Below are positions 35,299 through 49,203 of a DNA stretch of 64,000 nt, piece by piece (position 1 is the stretch's first letter; every line of letters starts with the position of its first letter). The DNA is from Podarcis vaucheri (Eukaryota): assembly GCA_965113315.1 (NCBI GenBank), contig OZ220372.1, one strand, 5' to 3'. The notes beneath the pieces were generated by a model. The model searched no databases. It was not told the origin of the DNA and saw only the letters and a list, made by a program, of their open reading frames with translations. Made by a program: the position numbers and the translations under genes.

Positions 35299-36092
35299 CC
35301 TTCATGGGGAATTTTGTGGGTGCTCGGGCACCCAGAGCCCCAGGGAATTGGCACCTATGACAGATATTGACTCAGGATGTAGCCTAAAATGTGGAACATG
35401 CTTCAGACACTATTTTCAGACACTATTTTCAAAAGCAGATTGTCAGCAGGGTCAATTGACACAGCAGACACAGTTGTCACTTGGTCATCACACATCCCTC
35501 TAGAAAGCATCTGTAACATGTGAAGAGGAGGCCCCATCACTGTAAACAAGATGGAGACATTAAGCAGAAAGCTAGAACTAATCATAGCTCCCATTGATGT
35601 TCACTGAAAGACGCATAAGTGGAATGGGCTGGCAAACCCATGACAAGAGGCATGGGACAGGCCCAATGGGCAAAGCGGCGAGGAAGCACTCTTTAACAGG
35701 CTAGTGGTGGGGCTGCAACTCCTACTTTTAAAGCCTGGGCTTTTGCCATAACAAGGAAGAAGCTGCTGGGGTAGAAGAACTCTTAATTATAATGCGTTGG
35801 GGTGCGGGTTGTTGTTGTTGTTTGACTACATACTACATCCCTGCAGTACCATGGCAGAACAGGCTTACAATATATGTGTACAGCAGTTTAGGGCATTATT
35901 TTAAAACAAAGCTCTTTTGCACTGTGTGCAGTGACATGTCTTAATTTACACCTGCGATCACCACAATGGCATATTTATTAGGCAGCAAGGTCTGTAATTA
36001 TTGACTGTCACCACTGCTCCACACCTGGAGCTCCTGTCTTCTGAGTGCCACACTGAACCACAGGTACGCTTTTGCTTTCTCAGGGAGGGTAA

Positions 36093-36660
36093 AGAATCAT
36101 AGAATCATAGAATCATAGAGTTGGAAGAGACCACAAGGGCCATTGAGTCCAACCCCCTGCCAAGCAGGAAACACCATCAGAGCACTCCTGACATATGGTT
36201 GTCAAGCCTCTGCTTAAAGACCTTCAAAGTAGGAGACTCCACCACACTCCTTGGCAGCAAATTCCACTGTCGAACAGCTCTTACTGTCAGGAAGTTCTTC
36301 CTAATGTTTAGGTGGAATCTTCTTCCTTGTAGTTTGGATCCATTGCTCCGTGTCCGCTTCTCTGGAGCAGCAGAAAACAACCTTTCTCCCTCCTCTATGT
36401 GACATCCTTTTATATATTTGAACATGGCTATCATATCACCCCTTAACCTCCTCTTCTCCAGGCTAAACATGCCCAGCTCCCTTAGCCGTTCCTCATAAGG
36501 CATCGTTTCCAGGCCTTTGACCATTTTGGTTGCCCTCCTCTGGACACGTTCCAGTTTGTCAGTGTCCTTCTTGAACTGTGGTGCCCAGAACTGGACACAG
36601 TACTCCAGGTGAGGTCTGACCAGAGCAGAATACAGTGGCACTATTACTTCCCTTGATCTA
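36093..36660 (-). mobile_element. Young 5'-truncated CR1 LINE with an uninterrupted ORF2 C-terminus
   Basis: ORF 36177-36641 [20 protein letters not shown]...[11 protein letters not shown]...RRLRGDMI...; (AGAATCAT)3 tail. Confidence 0.95.
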
Positions 36661-36874
36661 GAAGCAATCTGGACTTCTTTTTTCCAACATTTCCATTGCC
36701 TATATATATATTTATTGTATGGTTATTTATTTCTTTATTTTCATGTGTTCAAAAGTATGAGGTTCACATTGTGATCCTCATTGCATGCTGTTGGCCCTAC
36801 ATAACTGTCTGATTACCTAACTTGAGTCAGTACATAAATATTTTGATTTTCATAACTGCTTTAAGTTTATTTAT

Positions 36875-36875
<1 letters not shown>

Positions 36876-36951
<76 letters not shown>
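36876..36951. repeat. Compound (GT)n(GA)n microsatellite
   Basis: Seen directly in the sequence. Confidence 0.97.
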
Positions 36952-36953
<2 letters not shown>

Positions 36954-38569
36954 ATTATATAAAATAAATTGCAGAAAGACATTTTGATTGTTACCTTTCT
37001 AAAGGCAGGAACCATTATAGCTATGCAAGGGGTTTGAATTCATATCAGAAGGACCAATGTGTATGTAAGTATAATAGGAAAATGGTTAAAGGAAATTATG
37101 TGGGTTATGGCACTGGGGTGGTGGTGTTATTAAATAAATTAACAACTAACTGCTCCACTGCCACAATTATGAAAGTAGACCACTGAGTTAGTGCTATTAG
37201 CATGAGTAAGGCTTGAGGGCTTTGACCACAGGAAAATTTAGGATGAAAAGGAAAATGAGATTAAGAGGATATATATAATAATAAATGGCATAGAAAGACC
37301 AGTAGGCTGCAAGAAAATTTTTGTGGTGAAATTTAAAGGAAAATAGATATAACAAAACCTCAGTCGTGCAACCTATAATTTATGCATGAAATTAACTGAC
37401 AAAAAAAGAATGATTAGAAAAATACTAAGATTTTTCAAAAAGGGTTGAGAAAGTATAAATGAGACTCATACAGAATAGGGTAGGCAGAATAAAGGTAGTT
37501 TGGAGAATACTGTCACCACATTCATGGCTGTGGTGGAAAGTGAGGGAGCAGGGAAATTGGCACAACAACTAGGGGTATTCATGGGCTGCTGCCATCAGAG
37601 ATTCCACTGGTGGCACTTTTGTGGGTAGAGCAGGGAGCTCTATACTGGTAGAGTGATGCTGGTGTCACTTCACAGGCAGAGGTCAGCAGAGACCTGCAGT
37701 GCTGGGTGGAACGACACCTAGGTCCACCCAAATGACCTATTCGCCCCACCATCCCAGTGTACAGGTGGGGTGGATTGTAGTGTAAAGAGTGGGCATTAAC
37801 AAGAACATCTAAATACAAATGACCCAACATTGTTGTGAAAATCATTAAATTCCCATCTAATTTTGTTTGCTGTTGAATGGGATCTAGTGCATCCTATATA
37901 ATCCCACAAAGACTCACCAAGCTACAACAAAGCACAGAAGATCTAATTGTCATGCAGTGAAAGCGGCATCCTAAGCATGGCAAGTGTAGTTCATCCATCA
38001 TGTTTACCCTGGCAGCTGCAGTCCTATTAAGCTACTACTAAATGTTAGGTGTGCCATTTGCACCAGTATGACCTATGAAAACAGGAATGTCTTCAGTATT
38101 TTGTTTTCTATCCCAGCTTTGGGTCCAGCAGGATCCTCACAGCAGCTTATATAGATTAAAGAAAAAATGCACTACAAGAACACTGTAACAGCTTCTACTG
38201 CCTCTAGCACACATGCCAATTGATGCAGGAGTGTTTCTAGGTACTTAAAGGACTCAGGGCACAGGGCTATGATGCACATTTGCACATCCTGATTTTGAGG
38301 GATACACACCTCAAGGAAAAATAAATGGCCGGGTCTCATCAGCACTGTGCTTTGCAATGTACCCAGAACCCTGTAGGCAAAGTAATAAAGTGGGGAGGGG
38401 CCTGCTGCAAAAGTCCAGGGACCCAAGTCCTTGATTCGGTGATAGCAGTGCCCACCTTTTCCCCAAGACTGCAGGACTTTTTATGGCCCAAGAGCAGGGC
38501 AGGAGGAGCAAGATACAGCCCTTGGGCCTCCTAGGAGCTGCTGAGTGTCAGCAGTTGGATCTTCTGTTG

Positions 38570-38684
38570 CCTAGCTAGGGACCAAACAACGGGAGCTCAC
38601 CCCGTTGCGGGGAATCGTCCCACCGACCTTCTGATCAGGAAGCCCTAGGCTCTGTGGTTAAGACCACAGTGCCACCCACATCCC
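38570..38684 (-). mobile_element. Sauria SINE 5' (tRNA-like) fragment
   Basis: CAACGGGAGCTCACCCCG...CCTTCTGATC...CCCTAGGCTCTGTGG, the reverse complement of the head of the 15261 copy. Confidence 0.85.
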
Positions 38685-39499
38685 TTCAATAAATGGTAGT
38701 ATTTACATAACATTTAGGATATTGCAGGGGGAAAGACAGGCTGCAGCAGTTCCCCTGAACTGTGCCAAACATGGAAATTCCTGGTTTTAGCTAAGCCTAT
38801 TTAGTTTCTAACAATACATTGCATCCCACACCCACCCTGCCCCTCTCCCTTCACTTAAAAGCTACGCAACAGCTTCATGCAGCACTTCTATGCTGCCTTT
38901 AGAAAAGGTAGCTGTTCCATAGGCAGTACATGGGCGCAGCAATTGCTGGCCTACACCCTAAATCTTGAACTGCTGACAGAGCAGTTGATAGGGGTAGTTC
39001 AATAGAGTCTACTTCCCATAACATGTTTTCTGTGACAACCGAAAAATAATGGCACGGTGTTAGTAAATAGGGAACAAACGCTGTCATTTAACTACCTAGA
39101 GTGAATGAATTGCAGCAAGTTAAACATAGCAATGTAAGAGTTGCCATAGTGAATCAGACTTGTGATCCATCTTCAGAAATGTCCTGGCTAACAAGAGGCA
39201 TTCATTTTTCATTTTAAAAAATGAATGAAAACTCTTGAGCAGGTTGATATAGATAATCTTTCTAGAGTGTTAGATCTCCTTCCAAGCTATAATATTAAGA
39301 ATTGGCTTAATCCCTGCCCATATGAATTTCTGCTTTGTTTAAAAAAATTCAGCAGTAGGTAGCATTCTGTGTTTTTGTGTCTGTGTGATCTGAATAAACC
39401 ATACAGTTATGATGTTAAAAGGGGCATGCGACCAACCTCTGGCCACACACCAACTGCCCCATAGAGCTTATGATAATAATATTCTGTAGATGGTAATAG

Positions 39500-39800
39500 T
39501 ATTTGGTGGAATACCCTCCCAAGAGAGGTCAGATCAGCTCCCTCTTATCCACTGACAGGCTAAGACCTTCCTATTCAGAGAGGCCTTTGAAAACTAAGGT
39601 ATGGTGCTGATCACTGGGCTGCTGTCAGGGCAAACTGTATTTTAATTGCTGGTTATAAATGTGTTCTGATATATTTTAATTATTGCTTTTAACTGGTTTG
39701 TTTTTATAACTTTGTATTTTATAAAGTTGTTTTTAACTGTAAGCAACCTTCAATCCCAACTTAGAAGAAAGGTGGTATATAAATACATTATTTTGATGAT
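39500..39800 (+). mobile_element. L2 LINE 3' end (degraded)
   Basis: TGGAATACCCTCCC...GGCTAAGACCTTCCTATT...TGTAAGCAACCTT...GGTGGTATATAAAT. Confidence 0.65.
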
Positions 39801-39907
39801 GGTGATGATGATGCAAACCCTACCATAATAATAATAATTTAATTAAGTAAATTAAAATCCAATCTACTTAGCCAGGGTTATGTTTTTTCCCACCTAGACC
39901 ACAGGAA

Positions 39908-40036
39908 AGGCTTCTCCAGTCCAGTGGTGACCAAAATATTTTTGACAACTCCCATCATCTATGACAACTGCTGGCTGTAGCTGATGGGAGTTGTGGTCCA
40001 AAATATATGAAGGCCACAAATTGGGGGAGGATGTCC
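39908..40036. mobile_element. Degraded hAT MITE; further copies at ~45140-45235 and ~50895-51030
   Basis: ACAACTCCCATCATC / GATGGGAGTTGT inverted core. Confidence 0.6.
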
Positions 40037-43000
40037 ATTTGCGACCAAAAGGTCTAGTTTGAAGTCACCGAATGGTCACCGAATAGTTTTACCCAGCAGA
40101 AAGCCAGGCTTTTTTTTTTACTTCTACCCCTGCAAAAACCTAGAGTGCCTGGAATAAGAAGCCCCTGGACCAGTTTATAACAATCTGACAGGTTTCTTTC
40201 CTATGGGCACTTTTCTCATGTCTATAATTTTTAGACCCATTGCCCACAAAATATTAAGAAGAGTAAGTGATTCCTTTTGCAACCCACCAAAACTGTAAGA
40301 GCTACTATTGAGTAAAAACCCACAGCAATTATCCTTCTGAAATCTGGCAGGATTCATGCCCTCAGAATAAATGATTTTGCCTGCAAATTTCATCTAATGC
40401 CACACACAATTTTAAGTTATAGACAATTCCTTTAAAAAAAAAAATTCAAACTTTAAACTGAAGTGCTAGTATGCCTGCAAATTTCATCCACTTCAGTCAA
40501 AAGGGGGGGAGTTACACAGCTGTTCACCATCATCACCATAATGAATGGGAGGAAAAGAAGCAGACTTCAACAGACTCCAGCCTAAACAAGCAGCCTACAA
40601 AGCACCTTGGATCAAGGTGGGCTGTTTCCCAAGCACTGGATCAGGGTCTCAACTGAATCTTATGGTCAGTGCACTATATAGATTATGAACACTGAGGAAT
40701 CCTGCAGCTCATATTGAAACACGGACATCTTCACAGATTTCTTGCTTTATTTGTTTTTAAAGGAATAGGGAAACACGCAGAAAGCATTTTTGTTTTCCTT
40801 TATATGTTATGGGCTTAGGTTAGACGTGGCCAATTGTACTCAACAACTTCCTGTGAAACTTACTCAGGTTGGAGGTTATGCTTTAATAGTTTTGAAGTAG
40901 TCTGTTACATATGCCACCGCCACCAAGTTTTCTGTCATATTTAATCTGACAGTTCAGGTGGTTTTTTCCTCTCCATCATGATTCACTACACTGAATACTT
41001 GTTTCATTCATATGTTCATTTCCAATAAACACATAATGATTTTTGCTTGGAGGTGTTTGGCAAAGCCACAGGAGGTTTAGCTTTGCTGATCTAGGAAAGG
41101 CTGCAAGAGTTAATTCAATTCAGTGAATCTCAATGTAAAGGTTCTCAGTCTGTGAATGAAACTCATTCCAAATAAGAAGTTGGTGTGGCATATGCAGCTT
41201 TTTGTTTGAAAACATTTGCTATAAGCAAGGGGATGTGAGGAGCCCAGCTATTCAATGTCTTTGAGGGTAGGAGCTAAATTCATAGTTTCATAGTTCTGCA
41301 TTTGGAGAGGAATTTAGACTATTCCTCACATTTGTGTCTCACACTTCATACAAAGACTTCAAGGATTTACATTTTATCCTCACATTAGCTGCATGAGGTA
41401 CATATCAGGGATGGGTCATAGAGTTTAATGTATGTTTTTTGGGGGGCGGTTAGCCCTTATTTGACTGTTGATGTATTTTATGTGATTTCTTTTTTCATTT
41501 TTATATCTTATGTAAACTAGAGATTTCTTTTTGTACCAAGTGGTATACACAGTTTATAAATCAAGAGCCAAACACAAAAAGGGCTGAAAGTATAAGATCC
41601 TGGCACCAGCTGGAATCAGAATTGGATGGAGCACCTGCGTTATGGCGTAATGTAGGAAATCGGCCTAAAGCAATGCAGGAGAGTTATTCTAGGGGCAGAG
41701 TTGATCTCATAGCCGGAGCCAAGTAGTCCATCAAAAATGTTGGCTGGGACAGGTATATATAGTGGAGGACCAAGTAGGTAAATGGACAATGAAGCTGAGA
41801 AGTTGAAAACAAAGCTGCCAAGGAGCTGAACCCTGAGGTCTGACTTGTAGGCTTGGTCAAGGAGGAACTAACATGTTGTTAAGAGATGGTGAATCACTCC
41901 TGGAACCTGAGAGGACAATAGTGGCCCTTCTTTTCCACTATATAGCTTTAAGTGACTCATCACAAGCAACACCAGTACACAAACCAAGAGGCTCCAGATA
42001 CAAATCCAAGAAGATTTAACAGGAGGTTAGACGGAGTGAAAGTGAGATTCATGCCTGAATGGGGATTTGAACCCAGGTCTTCCATGTCCAACACTCTATA
42101 TCCATGATATGCAAATTTTAAAGGAAATTATGAAGTTCACAGGTTCAAATTCCCTCAAACAATTTTGTCAAGAATACTTTAGTTAGAGTTAGAAGTACAG
42201 CCTTAAGGAAAGAAGTTTGCCTATAATGCCTTTACGAAACTAGAATTGTAAATAATATTTAAATTCTGTAATACAGATCAGATTCCAACTGTTGCATTTC
42301 ATACCACAGAGCCACCAGGAATAAGAAGAATTTATTATTTCTAAATTGCATTTAAAAAATGCCTTGAGTTCTACAATGAAGGCTTCATCAGAGCATTGAA
42401 AACTAAATCAAAATTCCAGCAAGGAAGGAAGGATTTAAGTTTAGGCTTAAGCTTTGAAGTTGTTCCCAAGAAACAAATTATTATTGGATGGGAACCAACA
42501 AAGCAATTATCTAGTTTGCTGCTCATGCTACTGAGGGCTGCTGCCTGCACCCAGAGGGATCTGACACAAAGGCCCTTACCTAACCAGGCTTGTATAAAGG
42601 AACAAAATATTACTTACCATTATTCTAAACACTTCAGTTTCCTGGCTATATGCCACCAGTGCAGGGAAAGGGGAATGTCTGTGACTGTGATGCTGACTGC
42701 TGCTGAGATTATATACCAAAAACACTTTATCAAAATGATTGGGTTGCTATGGAAGTAGGCAAACTTATCTGATAATTTCATATTAAAGTTTTGCTTTTGA
42801 ATGATGCAAGATCAATTTATTCAGAAAGCCAAGAGCTAATCACTGCAGAAGGCTCACAACTCCTGTTTTGACAGTGAAATCAGAATTTCTGAGGTATATT
42901 TTTAAGGTTACCATATGTCTCTGCTTTCCCAAGATGCTTCCAATTTTCATATTGTCCCCCATTCTTCTGAAACCTCTAAAATGTCTCTTTCTCATCTAAT

Positions 43001-46000
43001 TATTTAAAACATTTGAGGTTTTAAATTTCTTTGGCTTTTTCTTCTTCAGCTGGTTCAAGGCCCTTTTACATTAACAAAAGCTACTAAGGAAGAACCTGAA
43101 AACAAGGGGACATGAGGTCCTGCTCAATAGAGTCCACCTGAGGGGACCAACGGGTGTCAAAGGCACATTTATATTTACACTTCTCAGTGGCCATGCCCTC
43201 TTCAAGTAGCTCAGCACCTAATTTGCTTCTTTCTTCTCTTCTGTAAGCCACTTCAGAGATTTCGACAGACATTCCCCAGAAGCAGGTGTAAATTTGAGTC
43301 TGCCTCTTTTTTTATTTTCTCAGGAGCCGAACAGGAGTAACAAGGATTCCTCTTGCACCATCCTATGTGGTGTATTTATTTCTTCAGCACCAACTGACAC
43401 CCTCAACTGCCCTCCGGTGCTTCCTACTCAAAGTGAATTCTTTGGTTGCCCCTGGCAACTCCCACAGCACAGACCTGGCTAGTAGTAGAATTTTAAATCT
43501 TAAGGGTGAATTTGGTTAACTAAATCAAAGAAATACCTTTGCTCCTCAGAACTCTGAGAAGTGGCATCCCTCAGGCTGTGAGGTTGGCAGCTGAAGAAGC
43601 ATTGGGGAGACAGGGGGACTTATTTATACAACAGCACCTCCAATGGTTGACTCAGATAAGATCATATAGTTAGGTAGTTCAACTCTCAGCTGCTAAATCG
43701 TCCCCAGCTTTTATATTCAGTTCCCTGGCTGTGTTGAGATTACATGGCTGCTGGTAGCTCAAAAGCCATTACCTTTTATATATAAAAGAACAAACAACCT
43801 GGCCTAATGAAACGGAGAGGTATATGGTTTAAAGTAGCTGTGGAAGGGATCTGACACTGACTTCTTGTGGGGAGGGGTGCAAAGAGCAGCTTCATGAAGA
43901 CAATATTCATTGGCCCAGAGGGTGTGTTCGCACCTAAATTTTCAAAACAGTAGCCATTTACTTCCACATTCATCCTTCTTTACAGTATGAAGAAGCCAAG
44001 GAGAAAATGGACATAGTTAAATTGTGAATAGCAGGTCCTGTTTTGGGGGTGGGTTTACAAAACTTGAGAATTAAAGCTTTGACTATAACACAGAGATGTT
44101 GCATACAGCTAGCATGCCCTGACTTGGCCATCCTAGGTTCACTGCAGAATGTTTCCCAAGGATAGGACAGAATTCCATCAAGAGCCAGAGGCCTTGTTTG
44201 CTCTAGGAACCAAGAGCCCTAGTGACAAGCACAATGCCATGTCATTTATCTGGCACCATGCATTGGAGAAAGCACTTGCCCTCTTCAGTGAACTGACAAT
44301 GAGGCAGCAACAGGTATTTCAAGAAAACAGCACGAACACTTATGTTATCTCTTTACAGGAGTTGGTAAAATATTTTTAATTCATTTACTGAGCTGAACTC
44401 ACGATGGTTATTTGCAAGGCTGTAGCCAGTGAATGGATGCCCTGATACAAATGAGGCACTGCTACACCCTAGCCAGTCATGTTCCCCTCCCCTCCCCACC
44501 CCCACCCCTGGGCTTTTAATGTATAATCTGATAGCTTCGATTTAAATAATGAAATCTTGTTTTTAAGATATGAAAAAAGTGTGTGTGTTGTTTTTTAAGT
44601 GAACACACAGCTGCCCACCCAGAAAGAAGCAATCTCCAAATTTTGCTTACCTGACCCATCCAGCTTTCTCTTCCCAGACTGAAATTTAAATATTCTGTTT
44701 TCTTCTTATTTGCATTCACAAAGCTGTACAGACACAAAGTCTAGTGTTCAGTCATTGGCAATGCCACTGTCACTATTCAACAGATACCCATGAAACTAAC
44801 TTCCATTTTGCATTTCCTATTATACTTGACATGCTGGCAAAAAGAGAAAATAATATTTTCCCAGTAGCAAATTATTCCACATTGAGTACTGGGAAAATGT
44901 GATATACTAACAAAGGAGTGATACTTGTCTGGATTATCCTTGACAAATTAATAACTGTTACACAATAAATGTGTAGCAGAAACACAATCTGAAGAGGCCC
45001 GTAATTATAGCATCACAGAATTCTATGTGGCTGCACATTGACTTCAGATAAATACGAGTTTTCAGATAAAGGGGGGATCATCTTCTGTAAATAAGATCCT
45101 TCTCCTAAGTAATTAACTAAAACCATAACCAATTCCTGCAGTCCTTCTCCCTATGGCAACCTTCCAGCGCTGACTTGAGCTGGTAGGAGTTGTTGTGGAA
45201 TATATATGGAAGGCAGCAGGTTACAGAAAGCTGTTCAGTGGAATATTCTAACTATGTTGGACAGTTTCAGCTCCAATGAAACATTAAATATATTTGTTGC
45301 TTTCATCTGGCTGGAGGGATGTTGCATTCTCTTTGCTCCAAGAACCATTTCCTCTCTAGATAGCATGGATAATTATACCTGCTTCCACCCACAGTTTAAC
45401 TAAAGTGGCATTTCTTAAACAGTTTATATAGAACAAAATTATTCAAAGGTACTTGGCATTCAGTAGTTCTCATTTTTCTTCAATGCTAAGAATCTTGCAA
45501 AAGGCTATGGGGGGCAATTATTTTCAAAAGGCTATTTTGTGAACCTGGAAAACATAAGAGGGAGGATTTTTCTTCATGCAACCTGATTCCCAATCAGTTG
45601 TTTGTCTGCAAGTAATGGAAATTTCACATTAAAATGTGGGTGATATCAGAGATGGCTCAAGACATTTGAGTGCCTGAGGCGGAAAAACTAAATTCCCCAC
45701 CCCCATGGTGGTAATGGTAGTAAAACAATAAACTAATTGACAATTTGTTGTCCTTAAATAGTACCCCAAAAGTTGCTGCCTGAGGCGGTTCTCCAAGTGG
45801 AGCTATGATAAAAACCAGAACAGGCCAAATCACATAAGGATTGTTGAAACAAAATGTGGCTCTAAACATCATAGCCAGTTATTAAACTGGCAATTGTCTA
45901 ATTTAGAAAATAAGAAATGAGTTTCACTTTGATTTCTGCCAGCTAAAATCTAGATGGATGGGAAGTGGTTTGTTTCTATTTCATTTTACCAGTCATTTTG

Positions 46001-46749
46001 CTAGAAAACCTGATCTCTAAGGTTGGGAAATACTTGTTCTGCACTGGAAATGAAAGTGCCAGAATCCTACCGAACCCAAGACCCAGAAAGACATTTTAAA
46101 TGGTATCCCAGGGCTATGGGAACAGCAATATACCTCTCTCTTGACATTTAAAAAGCAATATAAAGCTCATGCACATATCCAGCCTCCTAACTCCCCCCAC
46201 AATAAAATTAAGAGACTTAATTGAGCAGAGGGAAATCTTGTTTTAGAAATGGTGAAAGAATTTCACAACTAGTTTCTCATTTATTTGTTGTTGCTTTTAA
46301 AAAAAAACTTTAACAATATTAAGTAGGAAACAAGTCTGTGTTGGGGATGAAAAATGTGTCATACAGATCTATTCCTAATTAACATCTGGTGTAAGTTTAC
46401 ATGGAGACAGAATGGAAGAATAGGGTTGTGTGAACACTGCCGTTTTGTCTGAGTACAGTACTTGAGTGTTCCTGCTTCAGGTCCTGCATTAGAAGGGAGC
46501 ATTCAAGAGTTTAGTCAGTTTGTATTCCTGAAGTTCCAACTTTTTTTTCATATCCAAAATCAGTCTTGATATACGTACTTCCCATGGCACAGACCTTCTA
46601 TCTGCCTTTCCTCCCCTCAGATAGTACCATTGGAGGGACATGGAGTCTGATTTCTCTGCATCTTCACTCAAGACAGTCTTCCACATGGACACATCACATG
46701 CTTGTTTCTGCCCATGCCCTAGATGGAGGGGGGATATGCACCACGTTAT

Positions 46750-47009
46750 GTTGCTCAGTCCCTGCTCCTGCCAACCTAGCAGTTCAAAAGCACAAAGTGC
46801 AAATAGATAAATAGGTACCGCTCCAGCGGGAAGGTAAACAGCATTTCCATGTGCTGCTCTGGTTCACCAGAAGCGGCTTAGTCATGCTGGCCACATGACC
46901 CGGAAGCTGTACATCAGCTCCCTCAGCCAATAAAGCGAGATGAGTGCCGCAACCCCAGAGTCGTCTGTGACAGGACCTAATGGTCAGGGGTCCCTTTACC
47001 TTTACCTTT
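46750..47009 (+). mobile_element. 5'-truncated Sauria SINE
   Basis: Closely similar to 15355-15610; (ACCTTT)n tail. Confidence 0.9.
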
Positions 47010-47228
47010 ATGTGTGAACAGGAGAACAAGTGGCTTGTAAAACAGTGATTGAATTGCTCCCCAAACCTCAGGCTTTTATATACATTATTTACGCAATGAG
47101 TCCCGTCTGATTGGCTGGTTCTCCTTCCCTCCTGGAGCCTGACTGGTCTTTTCCTGCAAGCCAATCAGTTGTTGCATTCTAGAATCCTACTTGCCTATTG
47201 TTCTAGGATCCAAGCTTAGTACATAACA
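47010..47228 (-). mobile_element. Partial LTR-like sequence
   Basis: Minus strand starts TGTTATGTACTAAGC, has CCAAT/ATTGG boxes, then TATATAAAAG; no 3' CA terminus found. Confidence 0.55.
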
Positions 47229-48769
47229 AAGTGTCAGTGTCCTTTTGGTCAGGGAAGCTGCCTATGTGACTTTTCTGAACATAAAACACAGCAAAGAACA
47301 AAAGAAAGCCAGTTCACACTCCAGTTTATACATTACAAAGTAAACACTTTTTTCTTACATGGAGATTAATCTCTGTGATGGAAAAGCTAGCATGAAGCAA
47401 ATCATCAGAGCCCCCTGGCTAAATTATAAAGACAGGAGCAGCGTGGCTATTGCCTGGGCTGAATCTGTTACGGGAGTAAATAAAGGACTTCATCCTCTAG
47501 GGTCTGCCAGCCTTTCACCAGCACTAAATTCACTCTTTTAATAAAAAGATAATGTTATCTCATGGGAAACAGACTCCCTCCTGCCTCTTCCTTTGCTCTT
47601 AAGGAGCCAGCTAGCTCCCAGTCTCCCTCTGCAAGACAGTTACATCGTAATGAGGCGGGCTGGTTTCTCAAGGATAATGAATGCAAAAACAAGCAGTGAT
47701 GGAAATGCCAAGCCAGGGTCCATCACTCATTCCTGAGCTCTGGAATCCATTAGGAAGTGCACCAGGGAAATGGAGACCCAAGCAGCATGTGAATAGGGCC
47801 AGGGTTGCAGGCTGGGAATGATTAGGAATGCAGGACAATCAAAGTTAACGTTTATTTCACTCTCAAAAAGCACACCCTTTGTCTCCCAGTAAGGAGAATC
47901 AAAATGCCCCCCTTCTCCCCAGAGTCTTTGTGCTTCTGATCTGTGGCATTAATAGAGTTCAAGCAAGGGGACAGTCAGTTCATTACCAAGGTTGATTCAT
48001 GCATTTTGGAGACATTTTGTGTCTAATATTTTTTCCTCCCCAAAGAGCTTTATGTTTGGCAGCTCTTACTTTTTTTCACACATTTCACCTCCTTCCTTTC
48101 TAACAGAGGAAAAGGGGATGGGGAGAAGAACCATCTATGCAATTTTCTTCAGTCATTCTTTAATGCAAATAACTCAATTCATACTTAGACATGGTTATTA
48201 CACAGCCCCATTCACCCAGGCAGAATTGGCTTCCCAAAGCTACTTTCGCCGTTTTGCTTCTATAAATGATTGTTCATTTCCCTTTTAAATGATTTGTACG
48301 CTGTTGCTCTATTCCTCTACTTGTTCATTTAGGAAACAAATGTCTCTACGCCAGAGAGGGTATCTTGTGGGTTCAAATCTCTGCAAAGGTTAATTCAAAG
48401 AGCTTCATCCCTTGCATCAGTGAAAGCATCTATGAAAGCAGGAAGCCCTCATCCCATTTAATCAAAGGACTAGGAATGGGCAAATTGTTCTTGAGTACAC
48501 ACTCCTGATTCAAGGCAGCTCTCTCCACAGATTAACCTACACAATAATGTTGGTGCAGTGCTGGGGTGTTAAATTTAGATGAGGGAAGCCCAGGTTCAAA
48601 TTTCTGGGAAGGCATGATGCCCACTGGATGCCTGACCCAAGCTAAGAAGCAGAAAGAGATACATAAATATTCTTTTGCATAAAGCCAATTCCTGGGTTGC
48701 ACCCCATGATTGCATGACCAAGAAATAGAACTGAGGCAAAGTTATGAAGATCAAGAGATAGGTGGGCAT

Positions 48770-49203
48770 CAGGGTAGCGAAGGGGCTGAAAACAAGGCCT
48801 ATGTGGAAATAGTGAAAGACCTGCCTATGTTTAGCCTGAAGAAGGTAAAATTTAGAGAAGACACAATAGCCATCTTCAAATATCTGAATTGCTCTCATGC
48901 AAAAAATGAAGCATCAGGCTTGCTCTCAGTTGCTCCATAGAGCAGGATGAGTCCCAATGGAGAGTGGTAGGGAAGCAGATTTCATCTAAGCATTAGGAGA
49001 AACTTCCTAATGGTAAGAGCTATGTGGTGGAGGAGCAGGCTGCCCTAGGAGATGATGGGTTTTCCTTGGCTTGAGGTACTTGAAGCAGAGGCTCAGTTGC
49101 CACCTGTCAGGAGTGTTGTAGTTGCATTTTGCATTGAAGATCCTGCACTGAGCAGGTGGCTGGACTACATGTCCTTCAAGGTCCCTTCCAACTCTATGAT
49201 TCT
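48770..49203 (+). mobile_element. Older CR1 3' fragment
   Basis: Degenerate MFSLKK..FREDTIAIFKYL homologous to the 36177 ORF; tail CCTTCCAACTCTATGATTCT. Confidence 0.85.

Larger units (their letters stand above)
33980..35359. mobile_element. GC-rich non-autonomous DNA element (ends ...GGCACCTATG) split by the L1 insertion
   Basis: GTGGGTGC motifs on both sides of the L1 join seamlessly across the 16-bp TSD. The left terminus is unclear. Confidence 0.55.

Noticed and set aside
40378-40488. 17-bp direct repeat TGCCTGCAAATTTCATC as a retroposon TSD
   Set aside because: The intervening 77 bp has no terminal poly-A or recognisable element; more likely an old repeat or local duplication.
43383-43404. 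RE1/NRSE left half TTCAGCACC
   Set aside because: The right half (GGACAG) is missing or mis-spaced.
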